A stretch of 64,000 bases of DNA, taken from contig MU058718.1 in NCBI GenBank assembly GCA_013265495.1, forward strand, positions 4,423,648 through 4,487,647, given 5' to 3'. Position numbers and translations under genes: made by a program. This DNA is from Vicugna vicugna (taxonomy: Eukaryota). Of the stretch, positions 34,851 through 49,800 are shown one piece after another. A model generated the notes under the pieces. The model made no database searches. It saw nothing but the letters and a program-made list of their open reading frames with translations, and had not been told where the DNA came from. Position 1 is the first letter of the stretch. Every line of letters begins with the position of its first letter.

Positions 34851-37800
34851 TGTCAACTCACCGTGTAGAAATTGTGGGCCTTGCCAGCCTTCCCAGTTTG
34901 GGATCAGGCATTATTCCTGAGAGAGGGTTCCCGGAGAGTTGAGAAGTGGGCAGGTCTGAAGCATGTTCCTAGGTCTCCTGAATCATTTTTCCTTTTTTCT
35001 TTTTTAAAGATTTCCTTTAGAACTTCTCTGATAAATCTCCCGGCTACCTCCGTGTTTTCTACGACTTAGAGGATGAACCTTTCCACGATTTTTTCTCATT
35101 AAATCTGCCTCTTTTAATTAAATTTAAATTTTAATATGTTTGCCTTAAAAAAGAAGAATGGGATACACTTTTCTGTACCAGGTTTTGATTGCTCTTGTGT
35201 TTGTAGAGGTTTTTCGGTTTGTTTTTGTAATGATGCGTTTTATGGGACTTTTAACCTTGCTTTTGGGTTGGTGGTGAACAAGGGCAAGAGTGGACATGCT
35301 CTACGAGAAAATAACGAATTTTGTTCAGTTGACCCCTGACATTTTGAAAAATATGAGCAATTGATCAGTTAACTTTTCTTTCTTTTCGCTTAGAATTTGA
35401 CCTAATATTGAGCTGTCATCTGTTAATTCAATCAGAAATACACTAAATACACTGCAAGTACTGCTGGGGCAAGTGAGTAGGAGAAAGGCACTGAGGAGCT
35501 TGAGGGGCAGATAGTGTATTAATTATTTATTGCTCCATAACGAATTACCCCAAAATTTAGAAGTTTAAAACAGCAGGCACTTCTCTCATTTCCTGTGTGT
35601 CAGGAATTCAGGTAGGCTTAACTGGGTCCTCAGCTTCAGGGCCATTTAGAAAACTGCAGTCAAGATGAAGTCATCTCAGATGTCAGTTGGGCAGGATTTA
35701 CCTCCAAGCTCATTCAGTGATTGGTAGGATTCAGTTCATCCAGGATAGTTCGATTGAGGGTATCAGTCCTTGCTGGCTATTGGGCTTCCCCATCATGGTG
35801 GCCTACTTCATCAAAGCCAGCAACAGAGTCTGCTGGTAAGATGGAAGTCACAGTCTTTTGTAACTTAAGCAAGAAAATGACATCTTGTTGCTTTAAAATT
35901 TTTATTTTTAAAACTACAATGCAGAAAAATATTCCATCACTTTTGATACATTCTATTGTTAGAAACAAGTCACTAGATCCAGCCCACACCCAAGGGAAGG
36001 GGACTGCACAACGATGTGAGTACCAGGAGGTATGGATTATTAGGAGGTCATCTTAGAGGTCTGTCCACCATGGATATTAAATAATTCACAATTATTCAAT
36101 TTCAATTGTGAGAAGGATCTGAGGAAAGAAGTGCTATGATAGTGTATAACCAGTTGTATAAACAGTCCTAGAGTCAAGGAAGGCTTCATTAAATAATGGT
36201 TTGACTTACAAGCTTTTGCACAACAAAGGGAAACCATAAATAAAACAAAATGACAGCCTATGGACTGGGAGAAAATATTTGCAAATGATGCGACCAACAA
36301 GGGCTTAATTTCCAAAATATATGAACAGCTCATTTAACACAATAACAAAAACCAAACAACTCAATCAAAAAATGGGCCGAAGACCTAATTAGGCTTTTCT
36401 CCAAAGAAAACATACAGATGGACAATAGGCACATGAAAAGATGCTCAGTATTGTTTCTTATTAGAGAAATGGAAATCAAAACTACAGTGAGGTATCATCT
36501 CACACTGGTCAGAATGGCCATCATCAAAAAGTCTACAAATAACGGAGTGTAGGGTATAGCTCAAGTGGTAGAGCCCATGCTTAGCATACACAAGGTCCTG
36601 GGTTCAATTCCCAGTACCTCCTTTAAAAATAAATAAATAAGTAAACCTAATTACCTCCTCCCTAAATAAATAAAGTTCAATACATTTTTTTTAAAGTCTA
36701 CAAATAATTAACGCTGGAGACTGTGGAGAAAAGGGAACCGTCCTACACTGTTGGTGGGAATGTAAACTGATGTGGCTACTATAGAAAAATATGGAAGTTC
36801 CTTTAAAAATTAAAAGTAGAGTTACCATATGATCCAGCAATCCCATTCCTGTGCATATATCTGGAGAAAACCCTACTTCGAAAAATACATGCACCCCAGT
36901 GTTCATAGCACTATTTACAACAGCCAAGACATGGAAGCAACCTAAATGTCCATCAACAGATGAATGGATAAAGAAAATGTGGTATATTTATACAATGGAA
37001 ACATAAAAAAGAATGAAATAATGTCATTTGCAGCAGCATGGATGGACCTAAAGATTATAATACTAAGGAAGACAGAGAAAGACAAATATCATATGATGTA
37101 ACTTATATGTGGAATCTAAAAAAAATGGTACAAATGAATTTATCTACAAAACAGACTCATAGGAAACAAACTTATAGTTATCAAAGGGGAAGGAGTCGGG
37201 GAGGGATAAATTAGGAATTTGGGATTAGCAGATACAAACTACTATAAACAAAGTAGATAAAAAGGTCCTACTGTATAGCACGGGAACTACATTCAATAAC
37301 TTGTAATAAAGTGTAATGGAAATCTGAAAAAGATTATATATGTATATGTATAACTGAATCACTTTGCTGTACACCAGAAACTAAAACAACTTTGTAAATT
37401 AATTATAGTTCAATTGAAAAAAAAAAGAATGGTTTAAGCTGAGTGTTAAAAGATGAGCAGGACTTGACTAGGTGAAAAGTTGGGGGGAAATGATCAAATA
37501 AAGACCCTGAGGCAGGAGAGCACCAGGAAGGCCAGAGACACTGGATGAGCCTGATGAGATCTGGCAGGGGCCTGAGCCTGCGGATGGCTTTGGTCTGTAC
37601 TAATAGCTTGCCCAAGATTCACCCAATATGTGTGTGATTTTAGGGCTCAATCAAATATTTATGGGTCACTTTAGTGTTCTTAGCACTCTGCCAAAGGATG
37701 ACACAGTTCCACTTGTGAAGGAGCATCATCTCTACTAAACTGGAGGGATGTGACACTCACACTTGAAACAATAAATAGCCCAAGATACAGAACACTGAGT

Positions 37801-40800
37801 GTGATGACTCTAACAGTAATATTGATGTTAAAGTGTAAAGTTGTGTTCTACAAATATAGAAAGGCATGGAATTAGCTAATTGTTTAGGTAGACAGTATTC
37901 GTTCTGAGTATTGCATCAAAATCAGGAATTCATGTGATTTTTTAAAAAATTTCAGATTTATTGATTGTGGGGTGGGAGAGATTCATGTGATTTTAATGAG
38001 TGTTACTTCTATGACTATATTCAAATGTCAAAGATTTTTCTAGCCTAAATTTTTTCCTATTTTACAATCGAAAATAGTGATAAAATTAGTGGAATTTAAG
38101 CAAATGCATTATCAAACTAATAAGTATGTATTTAAGTGTCTATTATGTTCAGAACATTGAAGCCAACTGGGTTCTGTCTTAAATGTCAGGTAATAAATAT
38201 TACAAGGCTAATGTAATGTAGCAGATCTAAGGTATCCGTAAGCGAGATTTTTAACAGTTTCCAGAAGAAAGGGGAGATTGCAGCAGATTGGGCTGGTCAA
38301 GGAAGGCTTCTTAAAAGAAAGACGTGACTTGGGGCTTTAAGAACGGTTATGCTGGCAGATGATAGGAGGAAGAATTTGTTCCAAAAGCACAGGGAAGGAG
38401 AGCCCTGCTCCTCTCCTTGATTGATGAGTGTTTGCCAGATGTTGGCATAAAACTTTTAGCCTTAATTGCCAGTGACCTGCCTCATCTTTTCTTTCCCTCT
38501 GTCGTCAGTGAAGCTATTAAGTACCTCACAGAAGCTCTTCAGTCTATCACTGAAGTCGAGCTTGAAGATGCCCTGGAAAAGATCATCGATGCAGTTGAAA
38601 AGCAACCCTGTAAGTAACATTTTCTGATAGCTCTTAAATTGTTCATATAGTTATCCAGCCTCAGTTAGAGCTATAGATTTAAGTAGAAGTTGAGGCTTCA
38701 GTATTAAGGTGTCCCAGCGGTATGAGACATACCCCTGGCGGCACTTCCTGCCAGGGGGTAACCTCTAGTTCTGTTGGAACCTTGGGGCGTTCCCCTGAGA
38801 CTCTTTCACAGTCCTTCCCCCTTGTGGATTCCCCTGATTCCTTTATGGTCACTTTTTTTCTCTCTGTCTGCCTATGACTTTGTCTTACTGAAGTTAGGTA
38901 CTCTTAGATATTTGAGGGGAAAAAAAGTAAATGAGAAGGACTAACGTTGCCTTCTTGCTTCAGCCTTTCTTTACGGATCTTTTTGTTGAACACTTACCTT
39001 TTACCATAAGCATGGGCCTACAAAGGAGATAATGCTTTTCTCCCAGAAAATAGATGGCCAGTGTTTCTAGAGCACTGAAGGCGGGAAGTGGGTAGCCTGC
39101 TCCCACATGTCATCTAGATGCCAGGTTTTTTTAGCTGGACCAGAAGAAACATGTTCCACGATACAGGAGAAACTGCTCTTATATTTCATTTTTGCTTCTA
39201 AAGGTGGAGTTTTAAATATACCTTTGCTTTTAAAATTTCCTTAGAATTGAAAAATTTAGAACTGTTTAAATGTAGAAAATTAGTGTCCATGAATTTAAGA
39301 TGGCACGTGGTGTTGTGCCCGAGAACACACCAGAGTGGTTGAGGGCGCCCAGTCTGGAGTCAGGCTCCGGTGTGTGCTGCTCTCTGCGCCTTCTGGCTGT
39401 GTTTGTGAGTGGGTTGTTGGACCTCCTGAAGTTGCCTTTTCCCTGTCTGTAAGACATGGGCATAGGAATGTCAGTCTTGTAGGACATCTATCTAATAATG
39501 CTTGTAAAGAACTGAGCATGGTGCCACACGTGTCCTAGGGGCTTAGTAAGTGGTGGCTGTTATTGTTATTACTGTTACTGTGATGCCTATTGAAACATAA
39601 TAGTTGTGATTACAAGTTATACTAATGTAACCTTATTACACCTCGGAGCTTACAGAAGCATTCGTATACTTGACTGTATGTTATTAAACAGTATTTAGAG
39701 AAGTAAGGCATTTGTTTGCGTAGTAAGGTACGTTAAGTGTACTTGAGTGTGGAAAATGAAGACATTTGCGATACGGTTTCTGCTGTGGTCCTAACTGAAC
39801 ACTTTTTTCCTCCTGAAACCTGTGTGATGAGAATCTCTTGGGGTTAGTGTTTGCAGATTATTTTTAGGAAAAAAGCTATCCATGGAAAGAACTAATTCTT
39901 ATGCCTGTTTTTAAAATGTGACTTTGAACTTGTCTTTTCAGTGTCATCAAACATGATCGAACGGTCTGTAGTGGAAGCAGCAGTCCAGGAGTGCAGTCAG
40001 TCCGTAGATGAAACCATGTACGTGAAAAAAAATTAACTTTTTCCCCACGTTGGAAGTGTTATTGAGTGCTTATTTTAAATTATTTTCTTGGGGAAATAAT
40101 CTGTGGTCAGTGTTTCTGTGGTGGTTATTTCTTAGTGTTTCCTTTTAAGTGATAGCTTACCTTATCAACTTTGATATTAAATGACTCAGCTTTACTGTTT
40201 TTTCCCCTAGGATTTGAGATTTGGTATTATTTGTACCATGACTCACTTTTGCCACTCATCCATCTGATCTGATTTTATATTCTGTAGGCTACAGATGAAC
40301 TGAATTGATTGTTCAGAAGTGTAATTTCCTTTTCGTCTTAGGAAAGTGCTGAGTCCCGAAAATTCAGTGACCTCACTTGGGTCACATGGTGACTGGCAGA
40401 TGAGGGGAGCACCTCAGTTTCATGACTCTTTGCCCTGTCTCATGCTGTTAGAGCTTAGGAGTTTGTATGGCAGTGATTTTCCTGGGTTTTATTTCCCTAA
40501 CTATACGTCTTTCCTTTCCTCCTTTGAATATGATAATTCTTTCCAAATTCATGGGGTTTAACTGAGAGGAAAACATCTGGGGAGATGGATAGAGACAGTT
40601 TTAATTTTAACCAGTTTTTCCTGTTTGGGGCAATGGGGATAACGGAAGAGTCATTACTCATTTTGGTAAGTAGTTTTAATCTTTGTCCTGTCAGAACTTA
40701 TTAGAGCTGCTAAAAAATAGAGAAATTTAGGAATTTTAGTTTTATCCTTGCCAAATCATTGTTTAAGATACTGGAGTACAGTGGCATGCCCCAAAGCCAT

Positions 40801-43800
40801 CAACAGAAAATCAAAACGATTGTATTGGAAGTGTAAAGGCTTGTAATCCTAAACTAGGCATTGAAGTTACTGGTTGTTTCTGTCAAGCTATTTATATGCT
40901 ATCGTCAGCCAATACAGAGGTCGAGTGGGGACTGAATGGTAAATGATCTTTGCAACTTCAGTTGTCAGAAAGTCATTATATTATAGCAAAAGGGAGAGGC
41001 CCTCGTTTTTATAGATGAAGAAACGGTATGGTAAGTTAAATGCCAAGATTGCCAAGATTGATCCACTAGAAAATCATGGTGCTCTGCCTAGAATCTACTG
41101 GTCCACTGGTTCTCTGCTCCTGCTACCACCAGGATAGCATGAATTTTTTTGATCATTTTCATTTGGGGAGACAAACAGATATAATTTTAGGGAAAACTTT
41201 TTAGATTGGAATATTTGTACAATAGTGCTGTGGATTTTTTTTTTAACCTCTTTGAAACATGGTTATGTTATTAACAGTGTCTGAAGGTAAATTATTTTGT
41301 TGATTTTCCTTCTCTAACACTGTAAGTGTCAAGGATACGGCCAGAGTTTTAGAGGTTCTTTTCCTATTTTACATCTTTTCCTGGGTCACTTTTGTATAAT
41401 ATTTTGGATTTAAAAATTTGTTGGAAATGAATCATACCCTTTAATAATATTCTAGCTTGTAAAAGTAGTACATGTTGGGAGAGATTTCTTCTTTTTCAAC
41501 AGATTCTTAATATTCATAATTACAAGTTAACTTGATTAAATTTTTTTGTTTGCTTGAGAGTATCTGTTGGCAGTGCTTCCTCTTCTCTGAGAGGAAGATG
41601 CACAAGGTAAAAATGTTATCCTCACTTTTGACAATACAAGAGATTGTGCACATGAGCTGTGAGAAGTACGTGTGTATGAAATAAGATTATAATGCAGGTT
41701 TTCATGTTCACCTAGAATACTTGTGTTTTAGTAAATCAGGTCTGTTTTTGTGGGTTGTTTTTCAGAGAACATATTTTCAATATCATAGGAGCATTTGATA
41801 GTCCACGCTTTGTGTACAATTCGGAAAGGAAAAAATTTCTTCCGTAAGTATGCCAACCATTGATGTTAAGCTAATTTCAAATGTACATTTTTTTCTAGAA
41901 GGTTTATAGTCTCCTGTTTCATTTTTGACCTTCCTTGGTGTATTATGATAGCCATAAACAGGCAATCCTTTTTTTCTAGTTTATTAATGACCAACCACCC
42001 TGCACCAAATTTATTTGGGACAGCAAGAGATAAAGCAGAGCTGTTTCGTGAACGATATACCATTTTGCACCAGGTAAGACAGGAGAAAAAGACTGTTTCA
42101 GCCTAGGTAAGACTTAGGGATACTTAAAAGATGGAATTTTGTACTTTAAAGCTTGATATAACAGTAGACTGTTATTGGGCTGTCTATGTTTGAGACCATA
42201 CAAGGGATACAGAAATAAAAAAGCCACTTTCTTTTTAACCATCATGATGATGATAAAAATAATAGCTAACATCTCTTACATGCTTTTAATATGCTAGGCA
42301 CTGTTTATCACTTTACAGATACTATATACCTCATTTGATCGTCATAACATCAATGTATGTATAAATGCTAGTCCCATTTTACAGATGAGGAAACTGAGAC
42401 CTAGAGAACTTCAGTCACTTGCCCAAAGTTCACATCTAATAAGTAGAGACAAAATTTGAATCCAGTCAGTCTGACTCTGGGGCCCAACCTTTGCCTCCTA
42501 CACTATACTACTTTCTAGCAGCTTACAGTCTATGAAGTTAAAAACATTTGTAAAAACATTACAAATAAAATATAAAGTAGAATTTTATACATGCTATAGA
42601 AGAGATACAAACAGAATGCGCTTGACAGAAAAATCAGGGAAGGCTTTAAAGAAGTGATGGCATTTGACATGGGCCTTGATTGCTTTGATCTTGTGGAAAT
42701 GGGGAAAAGGTGGTGAACAGTGTGAACAATGAGCAAAAGGAAAAAGTGGACTTTGTGCAGGAAATGATGAGTGGTCAGTCCTCTCTGCGGAAGGGAAGGC
42801 TGGTGAAGAGGAGTAGCATGGGATGAGCTGGGATAGTCGCGGGGAGCTAAATTGTGAGATTGCCTCGGGTGCCCCTCTTGGGAGCTGAGACTCTGTTCTC
42901 TTGGTATAAGGAGCCTTAAAATAACATAGAGACTGGATCACAGTGGGTTTCTTGAGCACTTCCTCTCTCAGCAGATTTTGGGATGAATCAGAGTCAGAGG
43001 GAAGACTTACAGGAGTCTGTGGCATTAGTCCTGGCACAGTATGATAGCCTGAAGGGAGAAAGGCCCGGGAGGAGTAGGACGGGACATCTCTGGAGCAGTG
43101 GAAGCCATAGTTCACAGTGACTGATCGGATGTGAAAGAGAAGGGAGAGAGTGTAGACTCAAAGATGATTTAAGATTTTGAGCCCCAGAAAGTTGACGGGT
43201 AGAATAATGGTAATAATGTTAACCAATAGGAAAAAGAGAATGGGGAAGATGATGGCAGGTTCAATTTCAGGCATTTGAGTTAAGGTTGCTGGTAGGATAT
43301 CATGTGAAATGTACATCTGATGCTAAAGAAAGATCTGGTAGAGAGAGATTTAGGGGGCATCTGCCTAGAGTAATAGGTGGGATTGCAGGGAAGATCCTGA
43401 AAGAAAGAGAGATGATAGAAAAGGGAAGAAGATAGAGTTTGGAGGCCAAGCCATGGTGGTGTTACATGGTGGAAGCACAAGGTGGTTTTAAGGAAGAGTG
43501 GATGGTCAGCAGGAAAAGCACTGAAAAAAGGTTGAAGAGAATGAGTACCAAGGATCTCTTCTCTCCTGCTTCCATTGCCTATGTAATGTTGCCAGATTAA
43601 TCTTCTTCAAGTTTAGCTCTGATAACTTCACCATTTTGTTCAAAAGTCTTTCAAGGAAGTTTACTATCTATTGAATTAAATACAAATTGTACTTAATATC
43701 TGAGATCTTCTGTTTTACATTTTTGGCCTGATCTCTACTTTTCCCTCTAAAAAGCAGAGGAGCCAAAACTGAAACATGGAATCATTGTTTCTGTTTCTTC

Positions 43801-46800
43801 CACTTCTTCTGTGACTCTGCTTATTACTGTTCACTCTCTTGACTGCTCTTTTCTTATCTCTACTGTTGAAACGGTCCTGATTCTGGAAGGGCCTTCTCAG
43901 ATTCCTCCTTCCTTTCTGAAGCCCTTCTTGATCTCCAGTTGGATGCAGTCGCTTCCTGCTTTCAACCTCCAGACTATTCAGTGTGTCTCCTATGTCACTG
44001 ACAGAGTGGGCCCTGCCTTGCATTCGGAGGGGTGCTTACCCCTGTTGTCAGACTACACACTCCTTGCTTATTTCCTCTGCCATGTTTGGCACAGTGCTTT
44101 TCACAGAGAAGATGCTTGCTAAATATCCACATTTCTTTCTCCTTTTTTTCTTTTTTTAAAACTATGCGTTAAAGCCAGATTATTTTGGATATGTCACTTA
44201 ACCCTCCCGAACCTCATGAAATGGGCTGAATTTTAGTCCATATTTTTATTGCAGTTATCTTCCTGAAAGTAAATCTGATTTTATCATAATCTTAATTCAA
44301 AACTGTTGTTTTCCATTGTCTGTAAGATAAACTTCTTGGCTTGCCATACAAAGTCTGTGTTGTCGGAGCTCTTTTATTAGAGGTTACAAAACTGGATAAA
44401 ACAGAAAAAGGAACTTCTTAGCTTGTGGAGAAGTCTAGAGACCCAGCCATGTCAAGCATGGCTGGATCCAGGTGCTCACACAATGTCATGATCTCCCAGC
44501 AATTAAAAAAAATTGATTTTACTTTCAAATACGTTCTCTCTGAGGTGACAGAGATGGCCACTAGTAACCTTTGTAACTCTTAGAGAGTTCTTCTTTAACA
44601 GTAGTTCTAGCAAATATCTCTTATTGGCCCAGCTTCAGGCACTTGCTCAACCCTGAGCCAGTCACTGCCCAAAGTGGGGCAGTACTTTGATCTGCTAGGA
44701 CTTGGTGGTCTGTCTGTGGAAGTGGGAAGGGCACCAGCCCTACTTAACTACAGGCACCACAGTGAGGGAGGGTCAGGTTCCTGACTAGAAGCTCCAACCA
44801 ATCTCTCATGTTATCTAACGTTCAGCCCTGTGCACCTCATGATCCAACTGTACTAAACTTAACATCACTTCCTAAATACTCCTTTACCCTTAAACTCTTT
44901 CTTGTGACTCATCCTTCCTCTGCCTGAGATGTCTTATCTCAGCCTTCTTTTGTCTCTTCCTAGCAAAGTGTTTTTTTTATTATTTAGGATCTTTTTAAAT
45001 GGCCCCGTCTGTTGAGAGTCCTTTGCTGAGTTGTGACCTGTTGACAGTTCTCTCACTGGCCCTTGTCCTCTGAGGATGATAACTTGATTTGTTGTCTTCA
45101 TATCCTCAGCCCAGAGTGCACTACGGTCAGGTACACAGTAGACCTTTAAAAAAAAACTTAAATTACTTTTTTAATTTTTAAATTTACATGTCTAGATATT
45201 TGTTCATTAAATTATGTGGGTTTTCAAATTTGTGGAGAAGAGATAATAGTGCCATTAGTTTAAGGACAGAGCTTTGTCAGAATGCTGTTGTAATGAATCT
45301 TAGTTTTAAATGTCTGCCTCAGTAATTCATGTGACTCTTTCTTTTTTCTAGAGGACCCACAGACATGAATTATTTACTCCTCCCGTGATAGGTTCCCACC
45401 CTGATGAAAGCGGAAGCAAATTCCAGGTTAGAATGTTTACCTAGTTATTTAGGGGGTGTAAATATACGAGTTTAATATTTATTGCTTAATTTTAATTTAT
45501 TGAATTTTAAATGAAAGTGAACCGCTGATAACTGTTTAATGAGCTAACTGACCTGGGCATGCCCACTGTAGAGAAAATCCATGTCCTGGGTTCTGCCACT
45601 CTCTAATGGAAGCAACCGCTTCCTTTTTTGAGGCAGGCCCTGAGACTGTGTTAGCCCCGAGATAGTCTGGCTACCAAGACAGAACCCTAGTCCTCCTGGT
45701 CCTTTTGCTGGATAATACACTGACTTTCTGACTAACCTTCAAATTTATCCTTCCTGTCCTCACCCATACTCTAAAATCCTGGTCCTTGCCCACCCATCCC
45801 TCTGGTCACCTCCAGACACTTGTTCTACTAAGACATGCTGTATCAGTTGAAGTGAAAATTTTGCTGAAGGCACTAAGGAAGCTAATACTAGATAATGCTT
45901 AAACTAACGTCTGATGGCAGCACCATAAGGGGAAAACGTTTATAGTGTTTGATAATTTCCCCTTTTAACTTTTGTTGGATATAAAAATTGTATTAAGTTC
46001 TGGAAATTGACATTATTTATATTTCCCTACCAAAGGCTGTCTATGTATTTTCTTATATATATTAATTTTCCTGTGGCAACTCAGATGCCCACAACCCAGA
46101 GGCATGATTTCTCTCCTCCTGTTTGCCAAACAACTTTAAGGCTTAGGAAAATAATTTACTGTTCTTGTTATCTTTCCAAGCAGTTTCATTTTGTATCCCT
46201 GCTGGTATATTCACTATTCAAACCACCATTTATAGTCCCTGACGGGTATCCTCCCTGTGCAAGCTGCAGTTATGGTTCCTCGGGAGACTTTGTCAGAGCT
46301 TTCTATTCCTGTGTCGCTTTATTGATTGACGAGTTGCATTATTTTCCTCAGTCTCTAAGTTGTCTTTTTATTCTATGAACAGTCTTTTTGAAGAACAGTA
46401 AGTTCCTAATTTTGTTGAAGGTCAACTTATCAAGTTTTTTCTTTTATAGCTCCTGTTTTTGGTATTGTTTCTAAGAGATCTTTTCTAACCCAGTTTTTAG
46501 GATACATGTCTTACGTATCTTTTCTTCAGATTTATCCTAAGTATTTCATTTTTTAAAACTTTAAAATGTACATCGTACTCCTGTGTTGCTTGAGGTTCAT
46601 ATTTTTTAGGAGGAACCTCAATATCAAATGTTAACAGTGATTATTATGGGATGATGTGTCTTCTCTGAATTTTTAAATTTTTTTCTATAGTAAACATGCA
46701 TTATTTGCAATAAAAAAAATAGTATGGTAAAGATAGAAGCAGCTCAACCTTGTAATTCCTATAAAAATGAAAAATTATATACCTTTTCATCCAACAATTC

Positions 46801-49800
46801 TGTTTCTGGAATTTGTAGAAATTCGTCCAACAGTAATACCCATGCAATGGGCCAAGAGAGGTGCACACAAATATTAAGCATTATTTTTATTAGCAGAAAA
46901 CTGGGAACAATTTAAATGTCCTGTAAGTTGTTTGGTAAAACAAATCTGTTTGGTAAAATAAACTGTTGTATATATCCTATAGATACCTCTATTCATTAAA
47001 AAGAATGAAGTGTATCTATACATAGTTAAATGGAACAATGTCTAAGACATATTAAATTTAAAAAGTTAAGTTGCAGAATAATACAAGTAATATGAATTCA
47101 TCTTTGCAAATAAAACAAAAACTATATGGTGTGTGTTTATAAATTATATATGTGTGTATTAACATATATTTAGGATTATATGTACAGAAAAGGATTGGAA
47201 AGGTTTTTTAAAATGGTGCCCCAATTATTACTGCCTTTAACTTTCTGATAAAAATATAATGGTCAGATTGAGAATGCAAATAATAGTGACAAACTTTCAA
47301 AATACTAAATAAAATTGGAATATATTTTTTCCACTTACTTTTAAGAGGTACTGATCAAATAAGTAAAATTTGTATTTTTTATATTTTAAAGAAAAATGTA
47401 CCTATCATTATTCAAAACAATATAGTATGAAACGTCAGTAATTGTTGATAAGGGCCTCTGTTGATATGGTGTTCCTTTAGGCATAAGTCTTCCAAGCTGT
47501 CATCAGTTGATACTTTAGCTTTTTGTAGGATAAAATTATATTTTGTAAGTTTTATTTGATTTTCTACTGTAAGATAGGTATAACTACTGAAATGTGCACT
47601 CAAAATTTATTTATTAATAAAAAGATTAGTTTCTTAAAAGAACATATTTTTAGTCTATAAGAATTTATTTCATTTTATTTTAGCTTAAAACAATAGAAAC
47701 CCTGTTGGGCTGTACAGCCAAAATCAGAGATGTGATTGTCCTTGGAATGATAACGCAGTTAAAAGAGGTAAGTTAAATTTGATAAACATCCAACTATTAC
47801 TGTCAGCCTTCAGACTGATAAAATGTTGGTTACATACCGCATTTCTACAGAGGCTACAGAAATGTACCCTTCTCTGAAAGTGCCTTTCTCAGGCATGGTG
47901 TAACCTCTTCATTTGCACTTGGTTTCCTGAGTAGACATAAGGAAGGAGTGTCATATGCAGTCCACCAGTTTGCATAGCCTGAAATTAGTCCCCCAGTGAC
48001 CTCTGGTTGAACTGAGAGTACTAGGTGTCTGAACAAGCAAAGCTGCAGACCACATCCTGGTCCCGGGGAGATGATTTTGGCTCTCTTGGGTGAAGGCACT
48101 GGGTGAGGCCCTCCTTATGGCAGCCAGCCAGTGTGCCTCTTGCCATCTCTTGATCGGCAGTGGTCATTCTGCACGTACCTATCAAGTATGTATGAGAAAT
48201 CTGAGTTTCAATTAAGTAATTACTTTGTGGTCTCCAGACTAGTAAAGGAAAAGCCTGGACTAGGAATTAACTAATTTTTAAAAAATCCACTATACTCTCT
48301 ACTATATTTCTGTTGTCAAAATGGTGAGTATTTAATTATTTTGTCATAGTATTCATTTTTATATAAATGTGGACATATTTCTTTTAATTTTTTTTCAGGG
48401 AAAATTTTTTCTGGAAGATCCTACAGGAACAGTGCAACTGGATCTTAGTAAAGCTATATCCTTCACTTTTATTTTTCTAAACTATGTTGCATGAGTTGGG
48501 GAAAATGATTATATATCATTCTCAGATTTACCTATTTGGGCTCCCAGTGTAACTTCCATATGGTGGCATAGGAATTTAGAGATATAATCCTAAACGAAGA
48601 CAAAAACCCTTTAATTCCTCCTTATTTGGAGAATCCAGACAAATCACTGAGGAAGTTTATAACATGCGAAGAGTGATCTATACTGTCAACAGTACCAGGC
48701 TACATCTTAGAATCAGACGTGGGGATATTTAAACCTAAAAGTTTGTAAGCTATGATATATTCACAGTTTTAAATATGAAGTCTTTGAATTTATTATTTGG
48801 AAGTCCTGTTGAGTGCAAGATGTATGTTGACTTTATCACCACCTCAAGCATAGAAATAGAATTATTTTCCTTAATTGTTGTGTACCAGTTCCATAGTGGT
48901 TTATACACGGAGTCATGCTTTGTCTTAGCAGAGGGTAAGTCAATATACTTTTTCCCTGTCCTCCTCCTCATTCTACGGTAAAGCCATTTCTACATTGGTT
49001 AAAATATGTTAACATAATATAATTTGGGAGAATATTGATTATGAGAGCATACTTTTGACAACATTAAGTAACTCTCAGATGGCTGATGGGCACAGGGTTT
49101 CTTTTTGGGTTGATGAAAATATTCTGAAATTAGTGGTGATGGTTGTACAACTTATGAATATACTAAAAACTACTGAATTATATACTTTTAAAGGGTGAAT
49201 TATATGATATACGAATTATATCTCAGTAAAGTTAGACAAAAACAGATTTTACATGGTCATAAAATGAAACATTCTTAATCTGTATACCTATCTCTCTGTA
49301 CTCTAACGTGTATTGTGAAATAAAAAATGAGAAAGTTTTACTTCTAAATCTGTTATTATTTCACGAATTTTTTTATGCAACTGAGGCTGTCTCTGAATCT
49401 GAAGTTGGTATGTAGCTAAGTGGGATTGGCAGATTCTGTAGTTAGTTGCCTGGGGATGAGATGATGACCTAGCATTACTGCTTCGTATTCTATAGTTTTA
49501 TCATTTCAAACAAGAAGGAGAATTGGATAAATGAAAGTGATTCGTTACGTATCTTTTTTCAGGTTGGTTTGAAGATCAGGTGTTTCATGTCAATGCCTTT
49601 GGATTTCCACCCACTGAACCCTCTAGTACCACTAGGTATGAATATGTTTGACTGAAGCTCTATGTGAATTTTGTAATACTATGATTGTAAGATCATTGGC
49701 AGTAACAATTGTAAGATGGTATATCATATCTCAGTTACTACAGGGCCTCAGGCTTTGTGGTAGAATGCAAAGTAATGGCAAATGAGAGTTAGAAGACTGG

